DNA of 64,000 bases from Octopus sinensis (taxonomy: Eukaryota), in assembly GCF_006345805.1 (NCBI RefSeq), contig NC_043004.1, positions 25,792,001 through 25,856,000 on the forward strand. Direction: 5' to 3'. Shown here piece by piece: positions 1 to 13,900 of the stretch. The first letter of the stretch is position 1. Every line of letters begins with the position of its first letter. The position numbers were made by a program, and so were the translations under genes. The notes under the pieces were generated by a model that had not been told where the DNA came from, did no database searches, and was given only the letters and a program-made list of their open reading frames with translations.

Positions 1-19
1 AAAAGTCAAACATAAAATG

Positions 20-56
<37 letters not shown>

Positions 57-74
57 TAATAATAATAACAATAA

Positions 75-660
75 TGACAGAGTTGGGACCTACATACACT
101 GTGTAATAACAAACACTATGGTATAACAACAGAAAAAAGATGGTATAAGTACACCCCAGATAAGGCCACAGAAAACAAGAAAGCAATCATATAACATGGG
201 ATATGCCAATACACACAGATGGAGAAATTAAGGCCAACAGACCAGATATAGTCATCAGAGATCATGAAGAAAAAAAATGCTTTCTAATTGATGTGTCAAT
301 ACCAACAGATAACAATGTTTCTCTAAAAGAAATGGAGAAACTTTCAAAATACAAAGACCTTGAAATAGAGTTAACTCGAATGTGGAGTCTAAACACAGAA
401 ACAATTCCTACCATAGTGGGCGCATTAGGTACGATAAAAAAATATTCAGACAAATACATAACAAAAACACCAGAACTTACAAATATATATAACATACAGA
501 AAATTGCACTACTGGGCACTGCATACATCCTATGCAGAACACTTTCAATACAGTAACCATAAGAGCATCACAGCAAACCACAGCACATACCCAAAGCACA
601 CAGAGCTGTGCTCAGTAGTGAAGTGAAAGAATGTTATAAAAATAAAACTACTGAATAATA
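75..660 (+). mobile_element. Dong/R4-type non-LTR retrotransposon, 3' fragment (restriction-like endonuclease)
   Basis: ORF 203-556 has NRPDIV...FLIDVSIP...KEMEKLSKYKDL...IVGALG (PD..D RLE domain). Flanked on both sides by (AAT)n. Confidence 0.85.
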
Positions 661-671
661 ACAATAATAAT

Positions 672-887
672 AATCCTTTCTACTATAGACACAAAGACTG
701 AAATTTGAGGGAGGTGTTAAGTCGATTATATCGATCCCAGTACTGAACTGGTACTTAATTTATTGACTCTGAAAAGACGAAAAACAAAATCAACCTTGAT
801 GGAATTTGAACTCAGTATGTAGCAGGAGACAGAATACCAGTAAGCATTTCGCCTGGTGTGATAACTATTCTGTCAGCCCACCACCTT
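672..887 (-). mobile_element. tRNA-headed SINE (family 1)
   Basis: The minus strand reads a head with a GAGTTCAAA B-box, a central domain with CTGGTACTT..TTGAC...AAAATCAACCTT on the plus strand (Nin/Sauria-like, from memory), and an (ATT)n tail. Further copies at 891-1098, 1366-1572 and 16550-16765. Confidence 0.75.
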
Positions 888-890
888 AAG

Positions 891-1098
891 AATTCTTTTT
901 ACTATAGACAAAAGGCTTGAAATTTTGGAGAATGGGGGTTAATTGATTACATTGACCCCAGCCAGTACTAAACTGGTACTTATTTTACTGATCCCCAGGT
1001 AAATCTGACCAAGGCAGAATTTGAACTCAGAATATGAAACCAGAAGAAATCTTATTTAGAATTTTGTCCAGCATGCAGACAATTCTGTCAGCTTGCTG
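891..1098 (-). mobile_element. tRNA-headed SINE (family 1), tandem copy
   Basis: Collinear similarity to 672-887. Confidence 0.72.
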
Positions 1099-1099
1099 C

Positions 1100-1120
1100 T
1101 GCTGCTGCTGCTGCTGCTGC

Positions 1121-1200
<80 letters not shown>

Positions 1201-1214
1201 TAATAATAATAATA

Positions 1215-1280
<66 letters not shown>

Positions 1281-1365
1281 TAATAATAATAATAATATAA
1301 TAATAATAATAATAATTAATAATTAATAATAATAATAATAATTAATAATTAATAATAATAATAAT
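1100..1365. repeat. (GCT)n then long (AAT)n microsatellite
   Basis: Seen directly. Confidence 0.97.
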
Positions 1366-1572
1366 TTCTACTATAGGCAGAAGGCCTGGATTTTGTGGGG
1401 AGGGGGACAGTTGATCACAGTGACCTCAGTGCTTGACTGGTACTTATTTCATTGACCCTGAAAAGATGAAGGACAAAATCAACCTTGGTGGAATTCAAAT
1501 TGAGACTGTAACAACGGACAAGATGCCACTAAGTTTTTTCCTGGCATGCAAACGTTTCTGCCAGCTTGATGC
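1366..1572 (-). mobile_element. tRNA-headed SINE (family 1)
   Basis: Collinear similarity to 672-887. Confidence 0.72.
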
Positions 1573-1589
1573 TAAAATAATAATAACAG

Positions 1590-1945
1590 ACCCCCACAGA
1601 TCCCAAGAACAAGGGAAAAAACATGCATTCTAATCGACATATCAGTCTAACAGATGATAATGTATTGATAAAAGAAACAGAGAAACTCACGAAATGCAAA
1701 TATCTAGAAATAATACCTACAACAATAAGTCCATAAAACATGGTTAAAAAACATACAGACAAACACATAACTAAAACACCAGGACATACAAATATATATA
1801 ACATCCAGCAAATAACACAGATAAGCATCATACACTTTCAATACAGTGAAAATAACAATAATAAAGCAAATCACAGTATATACCCAAGGCACACAGAGCT
1901 GCACTCAGTAGTGCAGTGAAAGCAGGTAATAAAAATAAAACTACT
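1590..1945 (+). mobile_element. Decayed Dong/R4 3' fragment
   Basis: Collinear with 230-655, including the 3' UTR ending AATAAAACTACTG followed by (AAT)n. Confidence 0.75.
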
Positions 1946-2049
1946 GAATAATAATAAGAATAATAATAATTTCATGGCCCCTGAAACCACCACCAAAGAC
2001 ATTTAGGACAATACTAAGACAAAAGACAGTGGAGATTTGCATGAACGCA

Positions 2050-5000
2050 TATAAACAATAAAAACAATAACAGTCAACAAGGGAACATTAACAAGATTCC
2101 TCAATGAGGAAAACACCATCTAGGAGTGACCAAGGAACCTCACAGATCTCAAGTTACTCTGCTCACCAGGAGTACTATGGTCAGTGATCCTCGTGCCTCT
2201 GTACCTTGTAACTGACAAGCACATGAATAAAGTAGGCAATGTTTGATACATTAAACTTTTTACAAATTGATGGGATGATGGGGGAGGCAGGATGTCTCTC
2301 TTCAACCACACCTCACTACTTTCCAAGTGGAATTTTAAAAAAAGTTGCTGAGGGATTGGCCAAAAAGAAAAGCATCAATCTTCAGTCCTTTTGGTTGCAT
2401 TCACACCACTTTCACTATAACTATTAGACAGGAAAACTGATCTTCTTGGCCAATGGAAGGCAGTGGGGCAGTCTTCACAATAGAGTTGGCTAATAGCTGA
2501 ATCTATCTTACAAATGACTGCAGCTGTTTAACATAACTCCACAAGTCAACAATGCTTGAACACTGTATGAGTGCGTGCAGGACAGCTTCATTGCTCTGTG
2601 TGCATCTTGGGTAGAGAGGCTGATAGCACTAATGCACCAATAGTGTTTAACCCTAACTGGCAATGCTTTCCACCTGGTAGCACTGCCAGACCAAGGATTT
2701 CTGGAAATTATCCATGAGTCCTGGCCTGAAAATCCCACTGAAATAACCATTGAGTTTATTTTCATTGTTGCCCAAAGTTTAGTTGAGGATGGTGTCGCTC
2801 TTACCCACCACTAATACTCTATAGAACACCATGGTGTAAGCTCAAATGAATGTACTGGCAGAGGACTATAGGTACCTAAAGGCACTCTAGGTACCAAGCA
2901 CCCAGCCTCAGTCTACACTTTGTCTAGGACTGCAGCTTTGTCAGAAGCAAGCTGCAGAAAAGCATGACTAGTGAACAGTAACCACATTAGCTCACTGTGA
3001 AGGAAATGCTGGAGGTATCACAGCCACAGCCCGTTTGTGCCATGGAACATTCAGTCTTCTCCACAGTGAATGGTGACAACGAATGGACCAACTGACCAGC
3101 AGAGCATGTCCCTTTCACTCAAAGCAGAAGAGCAAGTGCTCCATTCTGGTCAGCTGTGTAACAGGGCAAAGTATGACAGTAAGGTGGTAGTAAATGATGG
3201 ACACAATGTAAGCATTTGCCACTTCCACAAAACACTTCTAGGATAGTTTTCTTTTGGTCTATTTCTTGTCACTTCTTTATAGTCATTGTCCACCCTCAGG
3301 TGTGGACCAAACCAAACTCCAAACAATTTAACTGTCCTACAATGCTGTTGAATGGCATGAACCTGCTCCTCAGGGTGCTATGCAGCAAGCCTAATGACTT
3401 CCCCTGGTTAATTTTTATTTCATTTATTTTGACCACCAAGCAAATGACACTGTACACTACAGTGATCCAGCTTCGCAAGACAGGACCAAAACCAGCAGCC
3501 TTAAAAACAGACACCAAGTATTGATGGGCAACCCTATCAAAAGCTTTCAATTGATCAGGCCCCATCTATACCAGGTTCTTTACTGTCCCTTTCTAAGGTG
3601 CATTGCTTGAGGTGGCTATTGTGGACAGATCTGTTTGGTATGGTGCATATCTGTGTTTCACCTACCAGAGTATTGACAACAAGCACCAAAGCTTTACCTA
3701 ATGCCTCAGCCAAAAATTTTCAGCCCTGCATTTTGCAGAGTTATAGGCCTGAAGTTTAAAAAAAAAAAACCATCCTTCTTGTGCAAGCCCATTCTCAGCA
3801 ATACTACCACACATTGTTTTGCCAGGCTGAGAATTTTCTGGTTTTGATGCCTGCTGTAGTAGACATCTACCAAGAGGCTCTCGAATAAGTTTGGCCTGTG
3901 AAGATAAAGCTTGGAGGGTAGACCATCCAGCTTCAGCAACTTTTTCCTTGTGCAGCCAGCCATTCCTTTCTGTATTTTGTCAGCTGTCATCAACCTTTTG
4001 CAGAACTTTGCATCCCTATCTGAGAGCTGCAGTAGGCAATCACATTAGATGGTACAAATATGCTTGGAATTGAGTAACACATGCCCCTCTCACTTCATCA
4101 AAGACTGCATTGTGCTTGTCACTTGAGCCCATTAAATGGCTTTCATTCCTTCATTCTTTAGAGCATGTGCCCAAGCTCTGACAATGCAACCTTTAAGTTT
4201 ATTTAGTAATGAAGAATTGGCCACGGAGAAATCTTACTGCTAGTATGTCAGTCGCAATACCTTTCCTAAGTACCTCTTCAAGGTTAGTAACTAGCTCTCC
4301 CTCTAGTCTAGTATTCTCTATCACTATTTCCTTACTAAACCTTATTGATTCTTAATAGCCCTTTCTGGGGTTGACCAACATTTGTTATTGATGATTGCTC
4401 TAGTCAACTCCCTCTTAACTAGTTCTCTAATCCAGTCTGTAAACTTAGGACTCTGGGAAAGCCATATTCATTTTTCCGTGACTAAGTCCCTGTCTATGCA
4501 GCCTATTTAGGTTAACTGTATACAAATTTGTGGCCAGTGTAGCTGACCACTTTGAACTGAGGACAACCTATGCTATCCTTATAGGCTGATCTACAGAATA
4601 CTCTATCCAGATATGATCTGGATGACTCGATGTTGTTTGCATATGTCCACATAAATGTATTTGGGAAATCTAATTTATGTCTGTCTGCCAGCTAGAAATG
4701 ACTAAGCAGGTTTGTGAGGCTTTTACAGCCCCCACTTCCTTCTCCTATCAGCTAGTTCTGTGCAATCCAGAAGTGCATCTAAGATTGTGTATCCATTAGC
4801 TCTAAAGAGTGGGATGTTCACAAGAAAATCTTCAGACTCTTGAAGAAATACAGTTGCCCTGCCCCAACCAGGCATACATGATAACTAGTCTATAAGCAAA
4901 GCTTTTACTGCAGTTTATATCCAGGACTACCAGCTTACCAACTGTATCTCAAGGACCAGGCTTTTCTGAAGCAACACCTCAACGCTGTCCCCCATACTGG

Positions 5001-6990
5001 GTCGAGTAAGAGGTCAAAGATCTTAAAATCCCTTCAAAATGGGTGCTGATGCAAATGTGTCAAAGATTCTATTCTAGCCAATGCTATCATATCCAAACTT
5101 AGCAATCTGAGATTACTGACCAAAAGACCTTGCTTCTAAAGTTGAAAAGGAGGAGGAGAGTAAGTTACAGGTTATCTACCTTAACCCTTTCGTTACTATA
5201 TTTCTGACCAAAATACACCCCTTATGTGTTTCAATTAATTTCTAACATAATCATAAATTTAGTCTGGTTTCATTAAACAACTATAACTTTTTTATTTATC
5301 AATATATTAACGTGATTTTTGGAAGATAATTTAATGAAATGTTCTCAACCAATTCTATACTATAATTTTTGTCACAAAGTGACTCTAATTGCGGGTAGAT
5401 ACAGGTAAATTCAACAAAATATAAAATTATTAAAATTTTGTTCAAACATTGCTATAGAAAATGGGTTATTAGCTAATATTCAATTGGGTATACAACAAAA
5501 TTTTACGATAGAATTTGTTATTCTGGGTAACTTTCTGATACCCATAATAATATTTATGGCAAAATAGTCTTAATTTCATTTAAGGTTGTGGGAAACCACT
5601 AACTATCCTTTCTTTTGCTTTGTTTACATTTATCGTAACGGTTCGTTTCCGCCGTAATGATTTCAAATAGGCTCATTTGAAAAAGTAAAAAGAAATAGTC
5701 TAAGGCTTTACTCTTCTGGGAAAGTCTGTGGCTTGGTCCAGTTTCTTCAGAAAAATCACCGAAAGAAACAGTTTTTAAATTTTCACTTCATTTAGGTGCC
5801 AATTCATTTTCTTTATCGCTGTCGGAGCTCTCGAATTCAGTTTTCACTTTCGGAAAATGAAACATCAGATTCATTATCAAATACCATGTGCTTTTTTTTT
5901 TCAGTCATAGAGTTAGATTTATGAAGGTCTTCAGTAGAAAATCCTTCGAATTCTGACTCGCTGCTTGATATAATGAAATTCGTATCCATTTTTTGTTAGA
6001 ATTACAAATTTTGAAAACACAATAGGAACAAATTTCGGAAAAAAATCTCCCAAAATTCACGGAATTAAAATTACACTTCGATTTTTGTACAAAACTGTAG
6101 TTGAACTGTTTACGAAGTATAATACGTGTTTTCACAAATGTACTAAAGAGATTTGCTCTGATATTCTCATTTAAATATGAATAGGTAAATACGGGCGGGT
6201 TTGGGCGGTTTGGTAATGAAAGGGTTAAGGTGAGCACAGTGACTAGGTGAAACTTTGGGGTTCTTTTAGGTTGGCTCTTGTGTTGAGGCTTCATAACGTT
6301 TCCAAATTCAGCCATACTATTTTCAAATTTTGTAGCACCTTGAAAATGCTGGTCCTGAAGACCATGTCCTCTTTCAATGTTTTCCTTTTGTGCAATGAAG
6401 TACAAAGTCTTTGCATGCTAGTAAGGATGCATTCAACTTCCAGTAACTGAGTCTCTGTCTATAGGTCCTATCTAAATCAACTAAGCAGATCACAAATTTA
6501 TGATCTGGATAGTTGACTAGTTTGAATTGTGGACATCTTACACTATTCCTATCCGGTGACCTAATAAATACTATATTGAAACATGATCTGGATGACCTGC
6601 TGAGGTTGCTCCATGTCCACACTAGCACATAAGAGGAACTTTGTCAATACTTATCAGACAAATGGATATTTCTGAGGTTTTGGAGACACCATCCAAAATG
6701 CATTTCAAGTCCTCAACTAATATTAAAAAGTGAGACGTTCCCAAGAAGGTTTCCAGATGTCTGGAGAAATCTAGCTTTCCAGCTCCTGTTGAGTCATAAA
6801 CAGCCACAAGATTAAAGATGTCACCTTTACTACTGTTCACATCTAGGACCAGTGTGCACTCTGAAAATTTTCTCTCATTAGTGACTAATACATCTATATT
6901 GAGTGACCTGAGATTTTTGAGCAAGTGACCTTGGTTCCAAGCTAATCCCAGGTCATGCACATGTGCAGCTAGCCATTGCTTCTTGTATCA
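2050..6990 (-). mobile_element. Decayed Tx1/L1-like LINE ORF2, interrupted by a piggyBac-like insertion
   Basis: Fragments in the expected order on the minus strand: APE endonuclease (FNLVAVYDSTGAGKLDF...LILVEDLKCILD, 6622-6960), NFRPITL (about 3750) and RT DQLKAFDRVAH (3296-3565). Many stops and frameshifts. Confidence 0.78.
5181..6228. mobile_element. Non-autonomous piggyBac-like DNA transposon (about 1.04 kb)
   Basis: TTAA target duplication at 5181-5184 and 6225-6228. TIRs CCCTTTCGTTAC / GTAATGAAAGGG. No transposase ORF. Confidence 0.85.
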
Positions 6991-7599
6991 GCCTTTTGCA
7001 GAACTCTGCATCCATATCACTCCAGAGAAAAAAAAAGAGCAGGTAACTCTCATCTTGATTTTCAAGAAGTCCTGCTGCTTAGACTTCTTTTCACTCTTAC
7101 GTTTTCTAAAAGGCCCTTCTAAAATTCTTTTTTTATCTATCATCTTTGATATTTTTATTAACACACTGCCCTCTGGAATTTTGGGAATGAAATCCTTAAA
7201 TTTCATTCCCAAATTTAATTTTGAAATTTGTTGTTGTTGTTGTTGGCTTTGAGGATTTCTTTGTTAAAATTTTTCCTTTTCAGTTTGTCATTAAATTTTG
7301 TTGTTGATTGTAATGGTTTCAATGTTTCATTTTCAAAATTGTTGTTGCTGAAAAATATGCTGTTGTCTGTTTCCAAAGCAGTGACATAATGCATCCTACT
7401 CACACCCTCTTTCATTGTGTTCTGGTAATGCTTCTCTTATAAACAAGAAAGGTTTATACCACTCAACATTTATGAGAGGTTAGTGACTTTAGTATCAGCA
7501 CTAGATAGACTCAGTGACACAGGGCAATCTGGGGAAAGACAGTATGAAAGCTCAAAGAGGAGTTGATTATTTACAAAATAAACTCCATGATTCCATGAA

Positions 7600-8350
7600 A
7601 TGTCTGAGGTGGTTGATAGCTTTTGTTAGTTAAGTGAAATGAGTGTTTAGAAAACAGCAACCAGAGTAAGAGTAGGATGGAGTTCAAGTTCAAGGAGCCA
7701 TTACCTCTGTAAGTAATAGTTTCTCTCTCAGAATGAAGAACAAATTCCATAACACTTGTATATGAAGTGTAATGCTGCATGCTAATGAGATGTGGGCCCT
7801 GAATGCAGAGGATTTGCAATGACTAGAAAGATATTAGGTGAGCATGCTAGTGTGTATGAATGATGGAATATAAATAAATTAAAAGAAAAACTGGGAATAA
7901 GAGGAATGAGATTGTAGCATATCCAAGAGAGAAGATTGCACTAATAGAAGAATGTGTATGGAAGATGATAGCTGTAGTGAGTAATTAAAGTATATGGAAC
8001 CTGTGAAAGAAAGAGACCAAGCGTGACATGGGAGGAAGCAGTGAAGACTGATTTCAAAGGTGTTGTAACTCACAAAGGTGATAATTCTCAAATCATGTAT
8101 TAAATTGTCTCTAGTACTTGTACTGTAATATAACATACTCAAGTACTCTATGTAAAGTAGCTAGTGTTAGGAAGGGCATCAAGCAGTAGAAACCAAGTTA
8201 AAAATGTAGTGCATAACTGAGATGTAGTACTCTGACCTGTCTAGGAGAAGAATGTCTTCAAATAAGAACAGACTCTGACTATGACAATCCATTCAACTAA
8301 TGCCAGCATGCAAAGCAGATATAAACATGATATTCATGATATGATAATGA
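7600..8350 (+). mobile_element. Highly decayed RTE LINE 3' part with (GAT)n tail
   Basis: Similar to the RTE copy at 54140-56030, including GAAGGGCATC..GCAGTAGAAAC and the ...GCCAGCATG...ATGATAATGATG tail. Confidence 0.6.
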
Positions 8351-8576
8351 TGGTGATTATGATGCAACCCACTAAAATATAGATATAAAAGAGTAGAAAA
8401 TTCCCAGGTATCTACAGTCTTCCAAAAACTAGCAGTTAATAAATGACTGGCATGATAACTAGATATATATGATACATATATAATTGTAATTATGTGCCAA
8501 ATAAATACTTGAAATGATGGCTAGTAATTCATGGTACTAAATAGATTATTGGAAGGTACAGATTCCATTTACTCAC

Positions 8577-8669
8577 CCCACAGGATACAATCACTGGATC
8601 TTTGAAAACTCGATCACATAAGCGACAAAATAATTTTTTATTGGCTTCTTCTTGGAAAACAATTATATC
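8577..8669 (-). CDS. TRAF7: TRAF7-like E3 ubiquitin ligase, exon encoding the first half of the RING finger (DIIVFQEEANKKLFCRLCDRVFKDPVIVSCG)
   Basis: 93-nt phase-0/0 exon with acceptor TTTCATTTTCAG and donor GTGAGT. The peptide aligns end to end with the recalled human TRAF7 segment [31 protein letters not shown]. The next exon (HTFC...) was not found in 1-8570. Confidence 0.88.
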
Positions 8670-9269
8670 CTGAAAATGAAAAGGAGAAAATTTAGCAACA
8701 CAAATTAGAAAGAAGTCCAAAGATTAGATCGTTAAGGAATCTGAGTTAGAGAACTGTTAAATTCTAAAAATCACTGCAAGACTTCCCAATGATCTGAGGG
8801 GCTTTTCTAACAACTTGATACATATTAACATTGTTGAAGCCATTGTATTCATGAAACTAAGAATTGTCTTTGTTAGGATGTAATTCAAAAGTGACCAGTT
8901 GTTGACCTTTCATAAAAATGAAGACCCATCAAACAGTACTATTCACACATTTGGGACATAGTTGTTGTTACACAAATACCTTTGACTGCATCAAGTTGGC
9001 TGATTAGCAATGTCTCATTCACCAATATGCTGCAACCTTGAAGTTCATACAGGTTTTTTTTGCTCTTCTTCTTCTTCTACTACTACTACTACTACTACTA
9101 ATACTACTACTATACACTCAACCAACACACCTAATCTTCCTTCTTCTTATCCCTATTCTACATACTTTGTTCAATCATTCTTCCTCAGGACTGTGTGGTA
9201 AATGTTGCCAGAGATAATATCTTCAGCCCCATTAGGTATTTCTTGCAGTAGATAACTTCTGTCCCATTT

Positions 9270-9620
9270 GGTACATCCATCCATCTTCTCTGCCCACCAT
9301 TCTTGGGAGGATTTTGGGGGTAGAGTCCTCAGGCACTTCCTCCATATGGTCCTATCAGAAGCAACAGTCATTACACTTTTTGACTGGATTCCCGAGCATA
9401 ACCAATTCAGAATATGGATATTATCCAACCATCTTGTTCTTGGTCTACCCCCAGGTTTTCTGCTAGTTAGCTTTGCTTGAAGAATCTGTCTTGTGAGTCT
9501 TTCCTGTGATATTCTAAGCACATGTCCATAGAACTGAAGCTGTGACCTCTCAATGCAATGAAGTAGCAGCTGAACCTGGAAACTTCCTGATCTCTGAACT
9601 ACACACTCTACCAAGGAATA
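9270..9620 (-). mobile_element. RTE-clade LINE C-terminal fragment
   Basis: SQLQFYGHVLR...RKPGGRPRTRWLD...DRTIWR is a typical RTE C-terminus. Confidence 0.8.
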
Positions 9621-9779
9621 TTACTCCAGAGAGTCTTCAGAAGAATCCCAATTTGACCACTTATATTTGTTTGTATTGGTAAATCCTGCCACAGTTATTA
9701 ACTTCTTCATGTATTAGTAGACTAGAGTTATAATTACCTAAATATTTTCCTTCTCTTACAAAAGAAATCAAAGAAACAA

Positions 9780-9923
9780 TACAGCTGTAAGAAGTTTGTT
9801 TCCCAACCACATGGTCTCAAGTTCAGTCCCACTGTGGGTACCTTTGAGCCAGTGTCTTCTACTATAGTCATAGCCAACCAAAGCCTTCTAAGTGTATTTG
9901 GTAGATGAAAATTAAAAGCCCAC

Positions 9924-9958
<35 letters not shown>

Positions 9959-10135
9959 ACATGCACATATGCAAATAGTATCCTTTGTGTTCAATCTTGT
10001 GTGAAAACTTGTCTGGTCACAAGGAATATTACCTCACTTGGAAACAGGTGGGGTGACAGGAAGGCCATCTGGCTGTAAAAAATTCTGCTTTAACAAATTC
10101 CATTTAGCCTTTGCCAGAATGGAAAAGTAAACATT
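9780..10135 (+). mobile_element. tRNA-headed SINE (family 2), decayed
   Basis: GTTCAGTCCCACTG B-box, GTGTCTTCTACTATAG body and internal (GT)n, as in 26132-26519. Confidence 0.7.
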
Positions 10136-11814
10136 AAATGGTGATGATGATGATGATGATGGTGTGTGTGTGTGTGTGTGTGTGTAGATGTACCTATATA
10201 GGTTGCCTATTTTAGATTTAGTTTTATCATTTAAAATTGTTTAAATAAGCCAACATTAAAATAATCATGTCCCTACATTTTGGCGAACATCTTAGTATCA
10301 CCAATTTCTTTTCACTTAGGGTTTTATGTTAAACATCTTAAACATATTGATTCTTTCAGACATTTCTGTACATTCAAGAAGCTTTAAGATGTGTATTAAA
10401 ATTTAAGCCATCAAGGTACCAGTTTGGTGTTTGAAACATTAAAAGTTTGTAACCTGTCCCTTGTACTGTACTGAGTTTATAGCAAAGATAACCATCACTT
10501 GATTAATCCAATTTGTTACACAATAAATAGTATGATGAGAGCACTTAATAACTGAAGTGGTTTAACATATTCTGTAAGTAAAGTCAACCGTTCATTCTAT
10601 CATATAATTAATGTAGAAGTCACTGTTGCAAACAGCAAGAACTGTTAGTTACCCATGTTGTATTCTACATTTCCTTATCTACAGCAACTGTTGTTGTATC
10701 CCCAAAAAGAGACACCCCACTCTTTCTGTGTCCATGTAATATATACTGTGTCCATGTAATATATAAACACAATGCCCAATAATAAATTAATAAATATTGA
10801 GATATGCCCACGTTTTTACAGGTTGAACAAAACCCTAAATTTTAAACTGAGAAAGGAGATCAAATAAAAAGGGGTACTGGAAAATTAAAAGAATTCACCT
10901 ACCTTTATTTTTTTTTATAAAAATTAACATTTTATTTGCTTTATAAATCAGGAATGTTATATGGCACAGCTTTGGTCAAAAACCTCCTTTTTTTTAAAAT
11001 AACCTCTCAAAAATGCTTAGTAACACTTTAATGTCCATATATTGAAATGCACCACTTTAATATTTATATATTATACTGTAACACATTAACATTTATATTG
11101 AAATGTAAACACCTTACTATTTACATCTAATACTAATATTTCACACAGATGGCTTGAAATAGAAATATATAATCTAACACATTAATATTTATATATTCAA
11201 ATAGAAGAGAAATTATGATAAATACGAATTTACATAATTTGTTCTTACGTACGTTTCACCATTGTGGTTGTTTGGAACTCTGCATTAGCTGATCCACAAC
11301 GGATCGAACTTGAAACATCCAATGAAGTGTTCCAAGCAACCATAATAGTGAAACGTATGCAAGAACAAATGATATAAACTGATGTTTATTGTAATTTCTC
11401 TTACATTTACTCTGTATAGCATAACTAGTAATACTTCTGAAGTATAATAGTAGCTTAACTACAATATTTAACAGTAACATTGATATTAATATGTAACTTG
11501 AATAAAAGTTCACTGGCTGTATTTAAGAATTTGTTTACATAACCCTTCACAGCTGTACTGACACAAAATTGATACCAACACAGTAATGAAATAATGCTTC
11601 AAGTATTACCACTTGGTGCATAACACCTATTTACAGCCAAGCAGACTGGACCAAGAGGTTGTCAAGTGTTTTAGCCAAAGACTTCATGTAGAACCAGTAA
11701 CAGGATATATTAGCTTTTTGGTTCCCTATTGGCTTACTATTCTATCCTCACCAAATTATATATCTCTATCTGAAGCCATATAAAATCTGATATAGCAATA
11801 TATAACAGTGTTGG

Positions 11815-12046
11815 TATAACACAAATATAGTCTTTTTAATACTAACCCACCCAAGACCATCCTGTATCTATGACACAAACTTCAGATTTTAAAGTGATAT
11901 AAATTAAAACCTTCCACCAAAAGCTGATGTTGATTTATGTTCCAAACATAAATATAAGGTATTTTACTAAATTCTTCAGAATTTTCAAAATTAATTGAAA
12001 TAAAGTTAGTGTAGGTGAGTAGAAATATGGTAACAAAAGGGTCAAA
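11815..12046. mobile_element. Decayed piggyBac-like MITE
   Basis: The body matches 38505-38724 and ends GTAACAAAAGGGTCAA; the left terminus is eroded. Confidence 0.5.
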
Positions 12047-12427
12047 TTTCAGGTTAATTTATGCTCCAAACATCAGCAAAGTTATTTTATTAAATTCTTC
12101 ATTTTACCAAAATTAATTGTAATGAAGGCAATGTAGTTAGTCAGAAAGGACACAGATTTAAAACTAGGTCATCTTTCAAACATTAATTAGATCAGAATTT
12201 TAAGATTCCAAAAACTTGGGGTTTTTAGAAATTTCACTAATTTTTTCAATAAATTCAATATTTGATTAAATTGTAGCAAACTGGTAATTCTTCTGTAAGA
12301 TAAAGAATAATGAAACAATGAACATACATCATCATCATCATCACACAGAAGAGATCTAGTAGATACATTAGAACTTGTTCGCTTGTGGCCTGGGGGTAGT
12401 TGAAGGACAGAGGCACCCTAAAAGATA

Positions 12428-12480
<53 letters not shown>

Positions 12481-12519
12481 TGATGATAATGATGATGATG
12501 GTGATGATGGTGGTAATAA

Positions 12520-12800
12520 TACAAGAGAAAGATGCAAATGGGCCAGACATTATACTGTCAAGACCTACGAAAAACTGAGCAAATATAAAGACCTTGAAAT
12601 AGAAACTGGAAAAATGTGAAGCCTTAAGACTAAAACAATATCTGTTGTCATAGGTGCCCTAGGAATGACAGCAAAAAGGGCTGATTGCTACCTGTCTCAG
12701 ATACCAGGAAATCCAAAAATGGAAGAAATTTTTAAAAACTGTGCTCGTAGGAACTGCTTATATCCTACAAAAAATATTGTCTTTGTAATTCCCAAAACAT
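12520..12800 (+). mobile_element. Dong/R4 RLE fragment
   Basis: Reads RPDI...EKLSKYKDLEIE...VVIGALG with stops; preceded by an (AAT)n tract at 12429-12480. Confidence 0.75.
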
Positions 12801-13249
12801 TTTCATCTGTAAACATTGTCAAAAGTACTTTTAAATGTACATAATAGCAAACAGCTATTACTGTCATCTTAAGATCACACAATCATCTTATCACCAAATT
12901 ACTTTTAAAGCAAACTTCTAATTTTTGTGCAAAAACAAAAATATGGCACCCTAGTATTAACACCAACTTGAACTTCTAACTTGTCTCTTGAGGTCTCTGA
13001 GTGAGACTTGGAGTCAACTTGTACAAATACAAAGCAAACGCCAAACAGATGATGATGACAACAGTGATGACAACGGTAATGATTTCTTTAATTTGCCACC
13101 AGGGTGAAGGACAAAGACAGACATAAAGTGTATGTGTGTGTGTGTGTAGGGGTTACATATAATGAAATGACTTTTAAAAAAGAAGGGAAGTATACATGAT
13201 ATGCAATAAAACAAAAGGGAAGTATACATTGTATATAACAGTAAAAGGA

Positions 13250-13900
13250 AAAATAAAGGATGATAGTAATGTGGTCCTCTTGATACAGGAGGAGCTCTAG
13301 GGATAGTCAAGGAACCCCACTGTTCAAGATCTCTCCAAACACCATGGGCAATTGGCCTCTCTAAATCCTTTTCTCTGACTCACAGGTCTACACTTAGAGC
13401 AGTACCATCCACTCTTGCCATTTTCACAACTTTCACCCACCTTTCAATGAATTCACTTGAGGACAGCCTCTCCCTCTCCACTCTCACTTTCCTTTTCAAG
13501 AGAAACTTGAAAAAGTTGATGAGAGATATACCGAAGGTGAATGTCTCTGTCCTCATGCCTTTCAGACTCATCCACCAGATGACCTCTTTCCAGCCATCAG
13601 GCAAAAGAAAACTGTCTCAGCAACCTGATTAAAGAGGGTGGTGGGGCAATCATCACCTTGGACTTGGCTGATAGACAGATCCATCTCACATGTGACAGCA
13701 GCTCTTTGACATAATTCCACAAGTCATCAATGTCTGGACACTGAACGAGTGCATGCAGAACAGTTTTGTCATTCTGCACACATCTTAGACAAGCCTGTCT
13801 GACAGCACATCCATGCCTATAGAATTTATCTTGAATTGCCAGACCAAGGACAACTGGAAATTATCCATGGTAATCTGCAACTGGAAAGTCCTCCGGAACA
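13250..13900 (-). mobile_element. Tx1/L1-like LINE 3' end with zinc-finger remnant
   Basis: KTVLHALVQC..W and the downstream RKVRVER...FIERWVKV, the typical ORF2 C-terminus. Confidence 0.7.

Noticed and set aside
5905-6405. 166-aa minus-strand ORF overlapping the piggyBac-like element
   Set aside because: It crosses the TE/LINE junction and has no transposase motifs.
6988-7415. Two adjacent K/N-rich minus-strand ORFs as the next TRAF7 exon
   Set aside because: They are in different frames, lack the HTFC continuation of the RING, and the only good acceptor leads to an immediate stop in phase 0.
11249-11343. Exon-like segment MVAWNTSLDVSSSIRCGSANAEFQTTTM(VKR) on the minus strand
   Set aside because: The strong donor GTAAGA gives phase 2, out of frame with the RING exon. 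Only the weak GTGAAA donor is in phase, and there is no good acceptor. Not supportable without RNA data.
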